Shown piece after piece: positions 42,017 through 50,308 of a DNA stretch of 64,000 nt. The stretch spans positions 672,001-736,000 of the forward strand of contig CAVVMW010000010.1 in the NCBI GenBank assembly GCA_963749495.1, read 5' to 3'. The DNA is from an uncultured bacterium (GTDB lineage: Bacteria > Verrucomicrobiota > Verrucomicrobiia > Limisphaerales > UBA8199). The translations under genes and the position numbers were made by a program. The notes under the pieces were generated by a model, which saw only the letters and a program-made list of their open reading frames with translations, did no database searches and had not been told where the DNA came from. Position 1 is the stretch's first letter; each line of letters begins with the position of its first letter.

Positions 42017-43771
42017 ATGGCCCATCCCCTCAACCCGCCGGCGCCGACGTCGGACGCGGAGTCCAAGCCGGCCGTCGTTTGGCCCTGCTACGAGCCCGCC
42101 CGGCCGGTTGAACTGAGCGAGCAGGACCTCTTGGAGCATGTCCTAATCCTGGGTTCAACCGGCAGCGGCAAGACCACGCTCCTGACAACGGCCTTCACCC
42201 AGCTCCTCGCCCGTTCGGCGGCCGACCTGTTGCTCAAAGCAGGCCTGCTGGTCCTCGACTCCAAGGCGGAACTGCTCCCATCGGTGCCCAGGGCGGCCCA
42301 GGCCGCCGGACGCCCCCACGACGTGGTCGTGTTCGGGCCCGAAGGCAACGCGTGCTACGACCTGTTCGGCCCGCTCAAGTCGTTTGAGGATGTTGAGACT
42401 GTGACCCAGCGGCTCCTCCTGGCCGTGCCGCCAATGGGGGGCGACAACGCCTATTGGCAGACCGCCACCACGACCATGGTGGCGGCCGCGTTGAGCCTGC
42501 TGGTGGCGACCCAGCCGGTCGTGACCTTCGACTTCGCGCTCCAGTTCCTGCGCGCCTGGTTCACCGGTCCGCACCGCCCGTTGCCCGAACTGGTCCAGGA
42601 GGTCGTGGCCAGGGCCAGGCAGCAGCTTCCATCCCCGGGCAAAGGAACCAAGGCGGCGCCGAATCACCAACTGCAAAGCGCACTCGACCAGGTTGGCTTG
42701 TTTCAAGACCTGGACCCGAAGACGCGCAGTAACTTGCAGTCGTGTCTGCTCAACGTCCTCAGGCCGCTGGGGTGCAGCGAAGCGGCCCGGTGCTTTGGAC
42801 AGGCGGGCCGGCCGCCTTTCGATCCGGGTGAAGCGGTGCGTGACGGGCTGATCTGTGTGGTCTCCATCAACGCGCTGACGCAGCCCGATTTGGCTCAGTT
42901 CCTGTTCCGGCTGGCCCGGCAGTCGTTTTTTGAGGCGGCGCAACGCCGGGGCAGCGGGCCCAACCGGCGGCTCTGCGGAGTCATCGCTGACGAACTCCCT
43001 GTGGTGGTGTGCCGCTCTGATCCGGCTCAGTTGGCCACGCTTCGAAGCCGTCGTTGTTTTGTTTTGTCAGCAACGCAAGGTCTGGCAGGCATAGACGCCC
43101 AGGTCGGGGAAAGGAGTCGGCAGGCGTTGGTGCAGCATTTCAACACGCTGGTCTTCCTGCGCAGCCGCGAACCCGAGACGGGGTGGCTGGCCGAACAGGC
43201 CCTCGGCCTGCGGGAAGAGCCGAGCCCGCCGCCGCAGGACACGACGCCTACCGGCGCACTGGCCCTGGCCCCCATCCCAAGGCGGCGGCAGGTCCACCGC
43301 GTCCCCGTTTGTCCGCTTGGGTCGCTCTACCGCTTGGGCGCCCACCAGGGGTATGTGCTTTACCCCGACGGCCATTGCACCGAGTTCCCGGTTTGGTTTG
43401 CGCCGTGGTTCGAAACCGCCCCCGAGCCGCAGCAGGCGCCCGAGACGTCGGTCGCGGTCCAACCGTGCCTCTTCGGCCCGGATCACCTTCGCGGGCTCAT
43501 GGCCCGGGCGGGCTACCGGGTGGTCTGCCTCCCGGAAGCAGTCCAGGCGGCGTTCGATCTGTGCCGGCCCAAGGAACGGAAAGGACGCCTTCTCGCGCGA
43601 GCGGCGCGTTTTTTCCGAACCCGGACCGGCTTGGTGCCGGCCGGCCTGGAGAGCTTGCCACGCTGTTGGCTGGCGGCCCTGCCGGCGGTCCTCTCTGGTT
43701 TTTGGGTTCGATGGCCAGCCGAGCCCCCATGCCCCATCGGCGCCCTTGCAGGTCCGGGCGTGGACGTATGA
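42017..43771 (+). CDS. VirD4/TraD(TraG)-like coupling-protein ATPase, no N-terminal TM anchor seen
   Basis: HVLILGSTGSGKT Walker A, LLVLD.K, VIADE Walker B, RS......ATQ, FNT.VFLR. Confidence 0.75.
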   Translation: MAHPLNPPAPTSDAESKPAVVWPCYEPARPVELSEQDLLEHVLILGSTGSGKTTLLTTAFTQLLARSAADLLLKAGLLVLDSKAELLPSVPRAAQAAGRPHDVVVFGPEGNACYDLFGPLKSFEDVETVTQRLLLAVPPMGGDNAYWQTATTTMVAAALSLLVATQPVVTFDFALQFLRAWFTGPHRPLPELVQEVVARARQQLPSPGKGTKAAPNHQLQSALDQVGLFQDLDPKTRSNLQSCLLNVLRPLGCSEAARCFGQAGRPPFDPGEAVRDGLICVVSINALTQPDLAQFLFRLARQSFFEAAQRRGSGPNRRLCGVIADELPVVVCRSDPAQLATLRSRRCFVLSATQGLAGIDAQVGERSRQALVQHFNTLVFLRSREPETGWLAEQALGLREEPSPPPQDTTPTGALALAPIPRRRQVHRVPVCPLGSLYRLGAHQGYVLYPDGHCTEFPVWFAPWFETAPEPQQAPETSVAVQPCLFGPDHLRGLMARAGYRVVCLPEAVQAAFDLCRPKERKGRLLARAARFFRTRTGLVPAGLESLPRCWLAALPAVLSGFWVRWPAEPPCPIGALAGPGVDV

Positions 43772-44148
43772 AGCCTGATATGATCCGCATCGAACACGAC
43801 TCCCGGCTCGACGCCGTTTGCAGCTCCTGGCGCGACCTGGAAAGGCCGTTCTTCAAGGCGAAAGTCCGGCCCGCCGCTCAAATCCCGCTCTATCTCGGTT
43901 CGGTGTGCCTGGGCGGTGAGGACCAAGACCAGGCTCTCAGCCTGGCCGCCGTGCTGGCCACGAGGCAGGGTGAGCCTGACTGGCGCCGGGGAGTTGGAAT
44001 CGTAGTCCCTCCGACTGGAGCCGATCAGAGCATTTTCGACTGCATGCTCAAGGCTGTCGACCTGGCACTGCGCGAAGGCCTCGTGGATGCCGGGGCCGCT
44101 GATCGGGCGCGACAGGAGATCCGGGACATGGCCGCGACAAGGAATTAA
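43768..44148 (+). CDS. Hypothetical protein, unknown family B member 1
   Basis: ATGA-coupled to the ATPase; paralogue of 2408-2791. Confidence 0.85.
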   Translation: MKPDMIRIEHDSRLDAVCSSWRDLERPFFKAKVRPAAQIPLYLGSVCLGGEDQDQALSLAAVLATRQGEPDWRRGVGIVVPPTGADQSIFDCMLKAVDLALREGLVDAGAADRARQEIRDMAATRN

Positions 44149-44151
44149 CCC

Positions 44152-44486
44152 CTGCGCACCGGGTACAAGCCGAATGGTTTCTGGCACGTGACCTGGCAGG
44201 ACCCGGCCCTGAGTTGCGCACCACTCGTCGAGTGCTCAGGGCCATCCCTTTTCACCTCGCGTTCTTTGAACAGGAACTCACGTGGCTCGCGGTTGTCCTG
44301 GCCGATCCTCGGGGCGACAAGTGGCGCATCGGCGTCCTCGTCTATGTGTCGGACTCCGAGCAGACCGTCTTGCAAGTGGGATTGCTCCTCGAAGTCATCG
44401 AACTAGCGAAGGTCAAGGGGTTCATAACGGCGGCGCAAGCACGCGCAGCCGGGGCGCAGCTCTGGCACAGGAAGAACCTGGGGTGA
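44152..44486 (+). pseudogene. Unknown family B member 2, probable CTG start, frameshift near 44210
   Basis: FWHVTWQD then RVLRAIPF.L...AVVLADPRG..W..GVL...LAK..G.IT...A..A...L...KNL; paralogue of 2041-2404. Confidence 0.7.
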
Positions 44487-44596
44487 GGCATACCCTTCGA
44501 CGCCAAGAGGATTTCGCACCGGCCACAGAGACGTCCGGACGCCTCCAGCCTTGCGGGCGGCTCTCGTTAAACGCCGGCACACAAAAAACCAAAAAG

Positions 44597-45205
44597 ATGA
44601 AGACCAAGAGCCCCGCAGATGGCTTTGTGAATGACCCCCGCTTAATCACGGTGCTGAGCCTCAATACTCACTGGGTCGCCCGTTGCCCGGTTCGTTTGCC
44701 CGAGCCGTTGGTTCATGCCCAACTCCGCCGCCTGCTCCAGCGAGGCGGCGGTGAAGTTCCGGGCAGCTTCGGGTTCAGGGCACACATCGCGCTCGCAGGC
44801 GCTTCCGCTCAGATCCGCGTTTCTTCTCGCCAGCGCGAGATGTTCACCTCCGGCATCGCCTGGGCGGGGGATGACTGGGCGGCCGAGCTGTGGAGGGGCC
44901 TGCTCGCCCGTTCCTGGGAGATGTGCCCATCGGAGGAGCCGCGCTGGGTCCCTGCGCCGCCACTGCCGTGGATGGTGACGCTCTACTCGCCGTTCTTCGA
45001 GAGGCTTCCGCTGGCCGAGGGGGTGGCGCTGGCGGTGTTTCAGCGGTCTCTGTCGAGCGTGCTACTTTGCCGGCACCTGCCTCGAAGGGAGGCCGCCCAG
45101 CTCCCTTCATCCGCTCCCTCAGGGGAAATCGAAGGCGCTCACAATTCGTCGGACGACCACAAGGCTGAATTCGGAGAGGCAGAACCCCAGAGAGTAACGA
45201 CATGA
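44597..45205 (+). CDS. Hypothetical protein, unknown family A
   Basis: A-rich leader then MKTKS; paralogue of 1044-1520. Confidence 0.8.
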   Translation: MKTKSPADGFVNDPRLITVLSLNTHWVARCPVRLPEPLVHAQLRRLLQRGGGEVPGSFGFRAHIALAGASAQIRVSSRQREMFTSGIAWAGDDWAAELWRGLLARSWEMCPSEEPRWVPAPPLPWMVTLYSPFFERLPLAEGVALAVFQRSLSSVLLCRHLPRREAAQLPSSAPSGEIEGAHNSSDDHKAEFGEAEPQRVTT

Positions 45206-45221
45206 AAGGAGAGCCATCCCA

Positions 45222-45659
45222 ATGTTGTTCAACTTTCCGATCCGTTTGCGAGACGAACCCGCCCAGGCCGCCAGTGTTATCCTGGCCGTCCATGGACGGT
45301 TTCTCGACTCGGCAGGGCCCGGGGCGCTCGCCGTGACCCTCAACTACTCGGACCGTCGCGCCTGGTGGACGAACGAGGGGTTGATCCTCGATCATCCCGT
45401 CGCGATCCAATTTGATGCTCATACCCAGCGGCTTCTGGATCGGTTCATTCCCGAGGAGTTGCCCGACGCCGCGAGGAAGGTCTTGGAGGCGATTTCACGA
45501 GCAGGCGCCGAAGCCGCTGTCCAGCGTTGCAACCTCTGCCACGCCATCTTCCCAGCCGGCCGGGCGGTGGTCCACGCAATCTGTGTTTGCCCAGGCTGTG
45601 ACTGCAGCGGGCGCTTCAGCCTGGACGGCCAAGAGTCCCCTTTCGGGCCGCATGCGTGA
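45222..45659 (+). CDS. Hypothetical protein with C-terminal Cys cluster (possible zinc finger)
   Basis: AAGGAG SD; CNLC...CVCPGCDC. Confidence 0.65.
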   Translation: MLFNFPIRLRDEPAQAASVILAVHGRFLDSAGPGALAVTLNYSDRRAWWTNEGLILDHPVAIQFDAHTQRLLDRFIPEELPDAARKVLEAISRAGAEAAVQRCNLCHAIFPAGRAVVHAICVCPGCDCSGRFSLDGQESPFGPHA

Positions 45660-45787
45660 CGAGTAGACGAGGGCGAGCACATGTCGGCCATTCGATGCCT
45701 TCCCCGACGCCTGGATAGCCGGCACCGGGAACACCCGGGAGCTGGACCGAGTTCAGGCACAAAAAGATCCGCGCCAAAGTAAGAGTT

Positions 45788-46030
45788 ATGAGCATCGTCA
45801 CGGGACATCCCGCGCGCGTGAAGATAAGCCTGATCCTGGACGATTGGGAACTTCCAGCCGATCAGCTTGGCCCCAACTTCCTCCTGCTGAAAGCCCCGGT
45901 CGGCACAAAGCCCGTCCATGGAAGGCTGATCATCGAGGTGAACGGCGTGGGGCGCGCCTGGAACGTCGAACTCCCCGATGGCCTCCCTGTCAAGTCTCCT
46001 CGGGTCCGCATACGGGCCATGCCTGATTAG
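45788..46030 (+). CDS. Small hypothetical beta-rich protein
   Basis: 80 aa with coding-like composition (QLGPNFLLL...W.VELPDG). Confidence 0.6.
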   Translation: MSIVTGHPARVKISLILDDWELPADQLGPNFLLLKAPVGTKPVHGRLIIEVNGVGRAWNVELPDGLPVKSPRVRIRAMPD

Positions 46031-46088
46031 CCACGCCGCACTGATGCGCGCCAGACACCAAACACAAGCACACAGGCAAGTGTAGCCC

Positions 46089-46461
46089 ATGAAGAAGATC
46101 GTCCTCATTTGAGGATCAACCCCAGGTTCGGCGAGTGATGCAGCGCATTCTTGAAGAGGAGGGCTACGAAGTCTTCGCCGCCACCGACATCTCAACGGCA
46201 AAGCGGCTTCTGCTTTCTGGGCCGGTCAACCTGTTTCTATCGGACATTGACCTGCCCGACGGCAACGGCCTGGAACTCTGCCGTTGGACCTGCGGCCAGC
46301 AAGCACTGCAGGCCACCAAGGTCATTCTCTGCTCCGGGAGGCTGGGGCCGGACCTGGAGCGGCAGGCACTCGAGGCGGGAGCAGTCGGCTTCATCGCCAA
46401 GCCCTTTGGCCTGGATCAATTCAGGGCGGCCATTCGCTCCCACGCGCCACCGGAGCCCTGA
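46089..46461 (+). pseudogene. Single-domain response regulator with +1 frameshift after codon 7
   Basis: MKKIVLI(t)EDQPQVRRVMQRILE...LFLSDIDLPDGNG...CSG...AKPF; paralogue of 558-938. Confidence 0.85.
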
Positions 46462-46665
46462 GGTGGTGCCGCAATTCATTCCGGCCCTGAAAATCCTGAA
46501 CCGCTACCCGTTGACCGTGGGAGCAAGACCGGCCGAGGACCGGCACCGTTACCAAAGGAGCAATGGACGAGACCATGGAACCCGATCCGACAGAGGGAGC
46601 CAGGCGAAGGCTCCTGGCCCAAATCAACTCTCACGCGCTGAACCGTTCCGGCTTGGAGGCGCGTC

Positions 46666-47964
46666 ATGGCCCACGTCTACGTCGAGTTGGGCGACACCGA
46701 CAAGGCCAAACCCATCCTGCTCCAGGTCCTGTATTGCGATCCGGAGGACGTCTGGGCCTTGCGTGCCCTGGCAAATGTCTGGTGCCGCCAGGGCAATTAC
46801 CCGCGCGCCGAGCACCTCCTGCGTCTGGCGCTGGCCCTCGAACCGGCGGACGCCAATGCGCTCAATAATATGGGCGTGGTGTGTTCCGAAATGGGGCGCA
46901 AGGACGAAGCCGCCAGGCTCTTCCGGGAGTCGCTCCGCAACGATCCCGGCCTGCCCAATCCCTACCTCGGCCTGGCCCGAGAGTTGGCGCGGGCGCATCG
47001 TTGTGAGGAGGCCTTGAGCGTTGTCGGGGACCTCTTCGCCAAGGCGAAACGGCCCGGCCCGGAATTGGAGGATATCCTCGCGTGCGTCAGGCACCTCCAT
47101 TCGCACTGCCACAGCCACCTGCTGGATCGGAACCGCTTGGCGGTCGACAAAGCGGTCCAAAAGCTTCACACCGAAACCGAGTGGCTTACTGGCGCGCCGG
47201 TCCGGATCGCCGTCGAAGACGAAGGAAGCCTGCCCTGCCCCGGAGTGGCCGAACCGGTTTGGGACCATGGCCGGGACCATCATCTGGTGAGATGCCTGAG
47301 CAGCCATCCTAATCCGTTCCGGCCGCACCTCGTTGCGAAAGCGTTGCTCCGAATCCAGGCTGAATGGGAGGCGCGCAATGCAGGCAAGAGGCGCGTCCTC
47401 TATATCTCGCCCGAGCAACAGCGTGACTTGCTTGAGCTTCTTGGGCACAGCGGCAGTGGCCGGGGCAGTCAGGGAACGGACTCCGAGCGGGTTGCCAGGA
47501 GGATGGGCGCCACAATCCGGGCACTATGTCAGGGGTTGTTGGGCTCTGCGGCCAATATGCAGGTCGAGACGAGGCTTAAGCGCGCCATTCCGGTGCTACG
47601 ATCTCCGCAGTTTTGCTCTCTGTCGGCCATGGCGGCGGCGAATCAGGGGAATTGGGAAACCCTTGAGCGGTTTGGCCTGATGCCTCCCCGTCTGGCGCGC
47701 ATCTGCACCGGATTGCACGGGCTGACGTCGCTCTTCCTGGACTGGCTGTTCGATGGCGTCACCGACTACGCCGCCCAGTATAGCGGCCTGGACGGATTCG
47801 ACCTCTCCCGCAGGCTCTGGCAGCACTATCAGGACAGGTTGCCGGGCTTGAAGCCGGGAGACCAGTTCGACCTGGCCGACGAGTTCGCCGAAATCGTCGG
47901 GCTGGCGGGCCGGTATGAGTGGCGCATGGATCCCGTCGGCGTCGCAGAGAGTTTTGCGGCCTGA
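46666..47964 (+). CDS. TPR-repeat protein with unknown C-terminal domain (probably 5'-truncated)
   Basis: TPR motifs (ALNNMG..., PYLGLA); C-domain W.HGRDHHLV...VETRL...L.PGD...L.D.FA shared with 61474-63105. Confidence 0.85.
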   Translation: MAHVYVELGDTDKAKPILLQVLYCDPEDVWALRALANVWCRQGNYPRAEHLLRLALALEPADANALNNMGVVCSEMGRKDEAARLFRESLRNDPGLPNPYLGLARELARAHRCEEALSVVGDLFAKAKRPGPELEDILACVRHLHSHCHSHLLDRNRLAVDKAVQKLHTETEWLTGAPVRIAVEDEGSLPCPGVAEPVWDHGRDHHLVRCLSSHPNPFRPHLVAKALLRIQAEWEARNAGKRRVLYISPEQQRDLLELLGHSGSGRGSQGTDSERVARRMGATIRALCQGLLGSAANMQVETRLKRAIPVLRSPQFCSLSAMAAANQGNWETLERFGLMPPRLARICTGLHGLTSLFLDWLFDGVTDYAAQYSGLDGFDLSRRLWQHYQDRLPGLKPGDQFDLADEFAEIVGLAGRYEWRMDPVGVAESFAA

Positions 47965-48190
47965 TTCCCCTCCCAAGGCGGAGACGGCTTGGGGTCGTCT
48001 GGACCGGTGCGGAGCCAATCCGTATGAGCAAGCGCTGGCCACATTGCCCTTTGCGCCGGAGAACAGCCGGGGACAGGTCCGGAGGCTGGAAGCTGGTGCT
48101 CGCCCCGCCCATTCCGGCTCCGCCCAGGAAAGCAAGCGAGCCGAAGCCAAATGTCCGGCAAACATTGAATCCAAGAAAAGAGACCGCTCC

Positions 48191-48844
48191 ATGAGATCCG
48201 ACGATACCCCATCCCAACCTCGCCCTGACCCTGACATTCCTCCTTGCCCGCCGCCGCCGCCGCAGGCCGAACTCAGTTCTCTACTGGGTGTCGTCCAGGA
48301 GCACGTGGAATCAGCAATGCACAAGGACGGACGACTGATGCCAATGCTCTTCACCGCCTCGCCTGATGGCGTGTATTTGTTCGAAACGGAGCCGCTGGGC
48401 AACGGGGCGGAGGCGAAGCAGTTCGCGATGACTGTCCGACTCATCCGCGCGGCCCAGGCCGCCCGCGCGGCGGTCGTGGTCGTGGAGGCGTGGGTGGTCC
48501 AGACCCAGCCGCGAAAATGCCTCCCTTGGGATTCATCTTCACCAAAGTCGCCTCGTGGTGGGGACTACGTTGTGCTCACCGGCGAGGCCGCCGATGGAAC
48601 TTACAAGCGGTGCTTGATGCCCATTTTCCGCAACCCGCACGGCCACTTCTCGGCGTTGGGACAGGCCGTGGCGCCGCCTGCCCAACCGACTGAGCCTTTC
48701 TTGGCTCGGGTGTTGCCAGAGGGGCCGCTTACGCCAGAGGTTCGCGCCTTCGCCAAGTCCTTGCTCAAGGACAGCATTCACCTGACAGACGCCGCTGTGT
48801 CAACGGGGCAGGATACCGGGGAGGGCTCTAATTCGTGCAACTGA
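48191..48844 (+). CDS. Hypothetical protein, unknown family C
   Basis: Paralogue of 60777-61385 (AM..DG.L.P..F.ASPDG, VEAWV, L.GEA, PI.R...GHFS.LG, TPEVRAFA). Confidence 0.8.
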   Translation: MRSDDTPSQPRPDPDIPPCPPPPPQAELSSLLGVVQEHVESAMHKDGRLMPMLFTASPDGVYLFETEPLGNGAEAKQFAMTVRLIRAAQAARAAVVVVEAWVVQTQPRKCLPWDSSSPKSPRGGDYVVLTGEAADGTYKRCLMPIFRNPHGHFSALGQAVAPPAQPTEPFLARVLPEGPLTPEVRAFAKSLLKDSIHLTDAAVSTGQDTGEGSNSCN

Positions 48845-48906
48845 GCGGATCACTGTCCGCCTCGGCCGAGTCTGCCGCGAAACATCAAGAGAGCAACCCT
48901 GATTTT

Positions 48907-49352
48907 ATGCCACGACAAATGAATTACCGGCTGGAGGCGAAGAACTGCCTGGATGGAATGCAGGAACTGGCGGCCGAATCGGTGGACGTGGTCGTCACGT
49001 CCCCTCCTTACAACCTGGGTGTGGACTACGGAACGTACAAGGATGACCTGCCCGAAGACCAGTATCTGCGATGGTCGCGGCAGTGGATGGGGGAGGTGTT
49101 TCGAGTTCTCAAAGCCAAAGGGAGTTTGTTTTGGGAAAGGACTTGGCCAGGAACTGTATCCTGATCCATGGCGCGCGCAGAGACCTTGTCGTGCTCGATC
49201 CGTTCCTCGGCATCGGCTCTTCGGCTCTGGCCGCCCTGGATTGCGGAGTCGAGACCTTCATCGGGTTCGATCTCGATGAGGAGTATGTGCGAATCGCCAA
49301 GGCCGCTCTCAACAACGCCACTCCACCGCTGTTCGGGCCTGAGGCATTCTGA
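48907..49352 (+). pseudogene. Beta-class N4/N6 DNA methyltransferase with internal deletion
   Basis: VVVTSPPY motif IV and VLDPFLGIGSS motif I in different frames; the target-recognition region is missing at ~49130. Confidence 0.85.
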
Positions 49353-49622
49353 CCTCGCCCAGGCAGGGTGATGCGGCACTTCGGGGACTTTGCAACGTCC
49401 AAAAACGGTGCCGAAGACGGACTCGACGGAGCACACTGCCCGCCACCAACCAGCCTGGAGCCAAGCGGCAAAAACACCAGCGCCGCCCGAAAACCGGCTG
49501 ACGGTTTTCCTTGCTCATGTTCATCCGCAGGGACATAATCCGCGTTTAGTTGCCTCCACGAGCCGCCGACTCATTTCTTTCGGCTGGCAACCCGCGTGCA
49601 AGGAACCCTGGAGTGGGAGCAC

Positions 49623-50183
49623 ATGAATGTTGCGAAAAGTCAGGCCCCCATGGAGGGAGGCGAACTGCGGCCCGCGGAAGAACTGCTACCGCTGGTTTAC
49701 GAGGAGTTGCGCAAACTCGCGGCGCACAAGATGGCCCAACAGGCGCCCGGCCAAACCCTGCAGCCCACCGCGCTGGTGCATGAGGCGTGGCTGAGGCTGG
49801 CGGGCAGCGGCCGGGAGCAGTATGGGGGCCGCGCTCACTTCTTTGCCGCAGCCGCGGAAGCCATGCGGCAGATCCTCATCGACAAGGCCCGCCGCAAGAG
49901 CACTCTGAAACGCGGTGGTAATCAACCGCTCGAGGAGTTGCACGAGTCCCGGATCGAACTCCGCGCGCCTCCCGACGAGTTCCTGGCGGTACATGAAGCC
50001 TTGGATCAACTGGCCGCCGAGGATTCAATGGCCGCGGATGTGGTCAAGTTGCGGTATTTCGTGGGGATGACCATCCCCGAGATAGCGGAGGCTCTCCAGA
50101 TTGCGCCTCGGACGGCGGACCGGCACTGGCTGTTCGCCCGGGCATGGCTGAGACGGGCCATCTGGGGCGACACGCGCGGTTAA
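49623..50183 (+). CDS. ECF sigma factor, TIGR02999-type
   Basis: LLPLVYEELRKLA, TLQPTALVHEAWLRL, RTADRHW.FARAWL. Confidence 0.92.
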   Translation: MNVAKSQAPMEGGELRPAEELLPLVYEELRKLAAHKMAQQAPGQTLQPTALVHEAWLRLAGSGREQYGGRAHFFAAAAEAMRQILIDKARRKSTLKRGGNQPLEELHESRIELRAPPDEFLAVHEALDQLAAEDSMAADVVKLRYFVGMTIPEIAEALQIAPRTADRHWLFARAWLRRAIWGDTRG

Positions 50184-50308
50184 GGGCCTGTACCACAGCA
50201 AAGGCCGGGTTTGAGGGGCCATTCCGAGGTTCTGAAGCAGCGCTCTTCAGCAAATTGAGTGGCGTGTTTTGGATGCGGTTTGCGTTTTGTAGAGTGAAGC
50301 ACTGATTT

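Noticed and set aside
42017..43771. Complete conjugation system
   Set aside because: No relaxase, VirB4 or pilus genes and no identifiable oriT within the window.
48907..49352. Functional restriction-modification system
   Set aside because: The methyltransferase is internally deleted and frameshifted, and no adjacent endonuclease was recognised.
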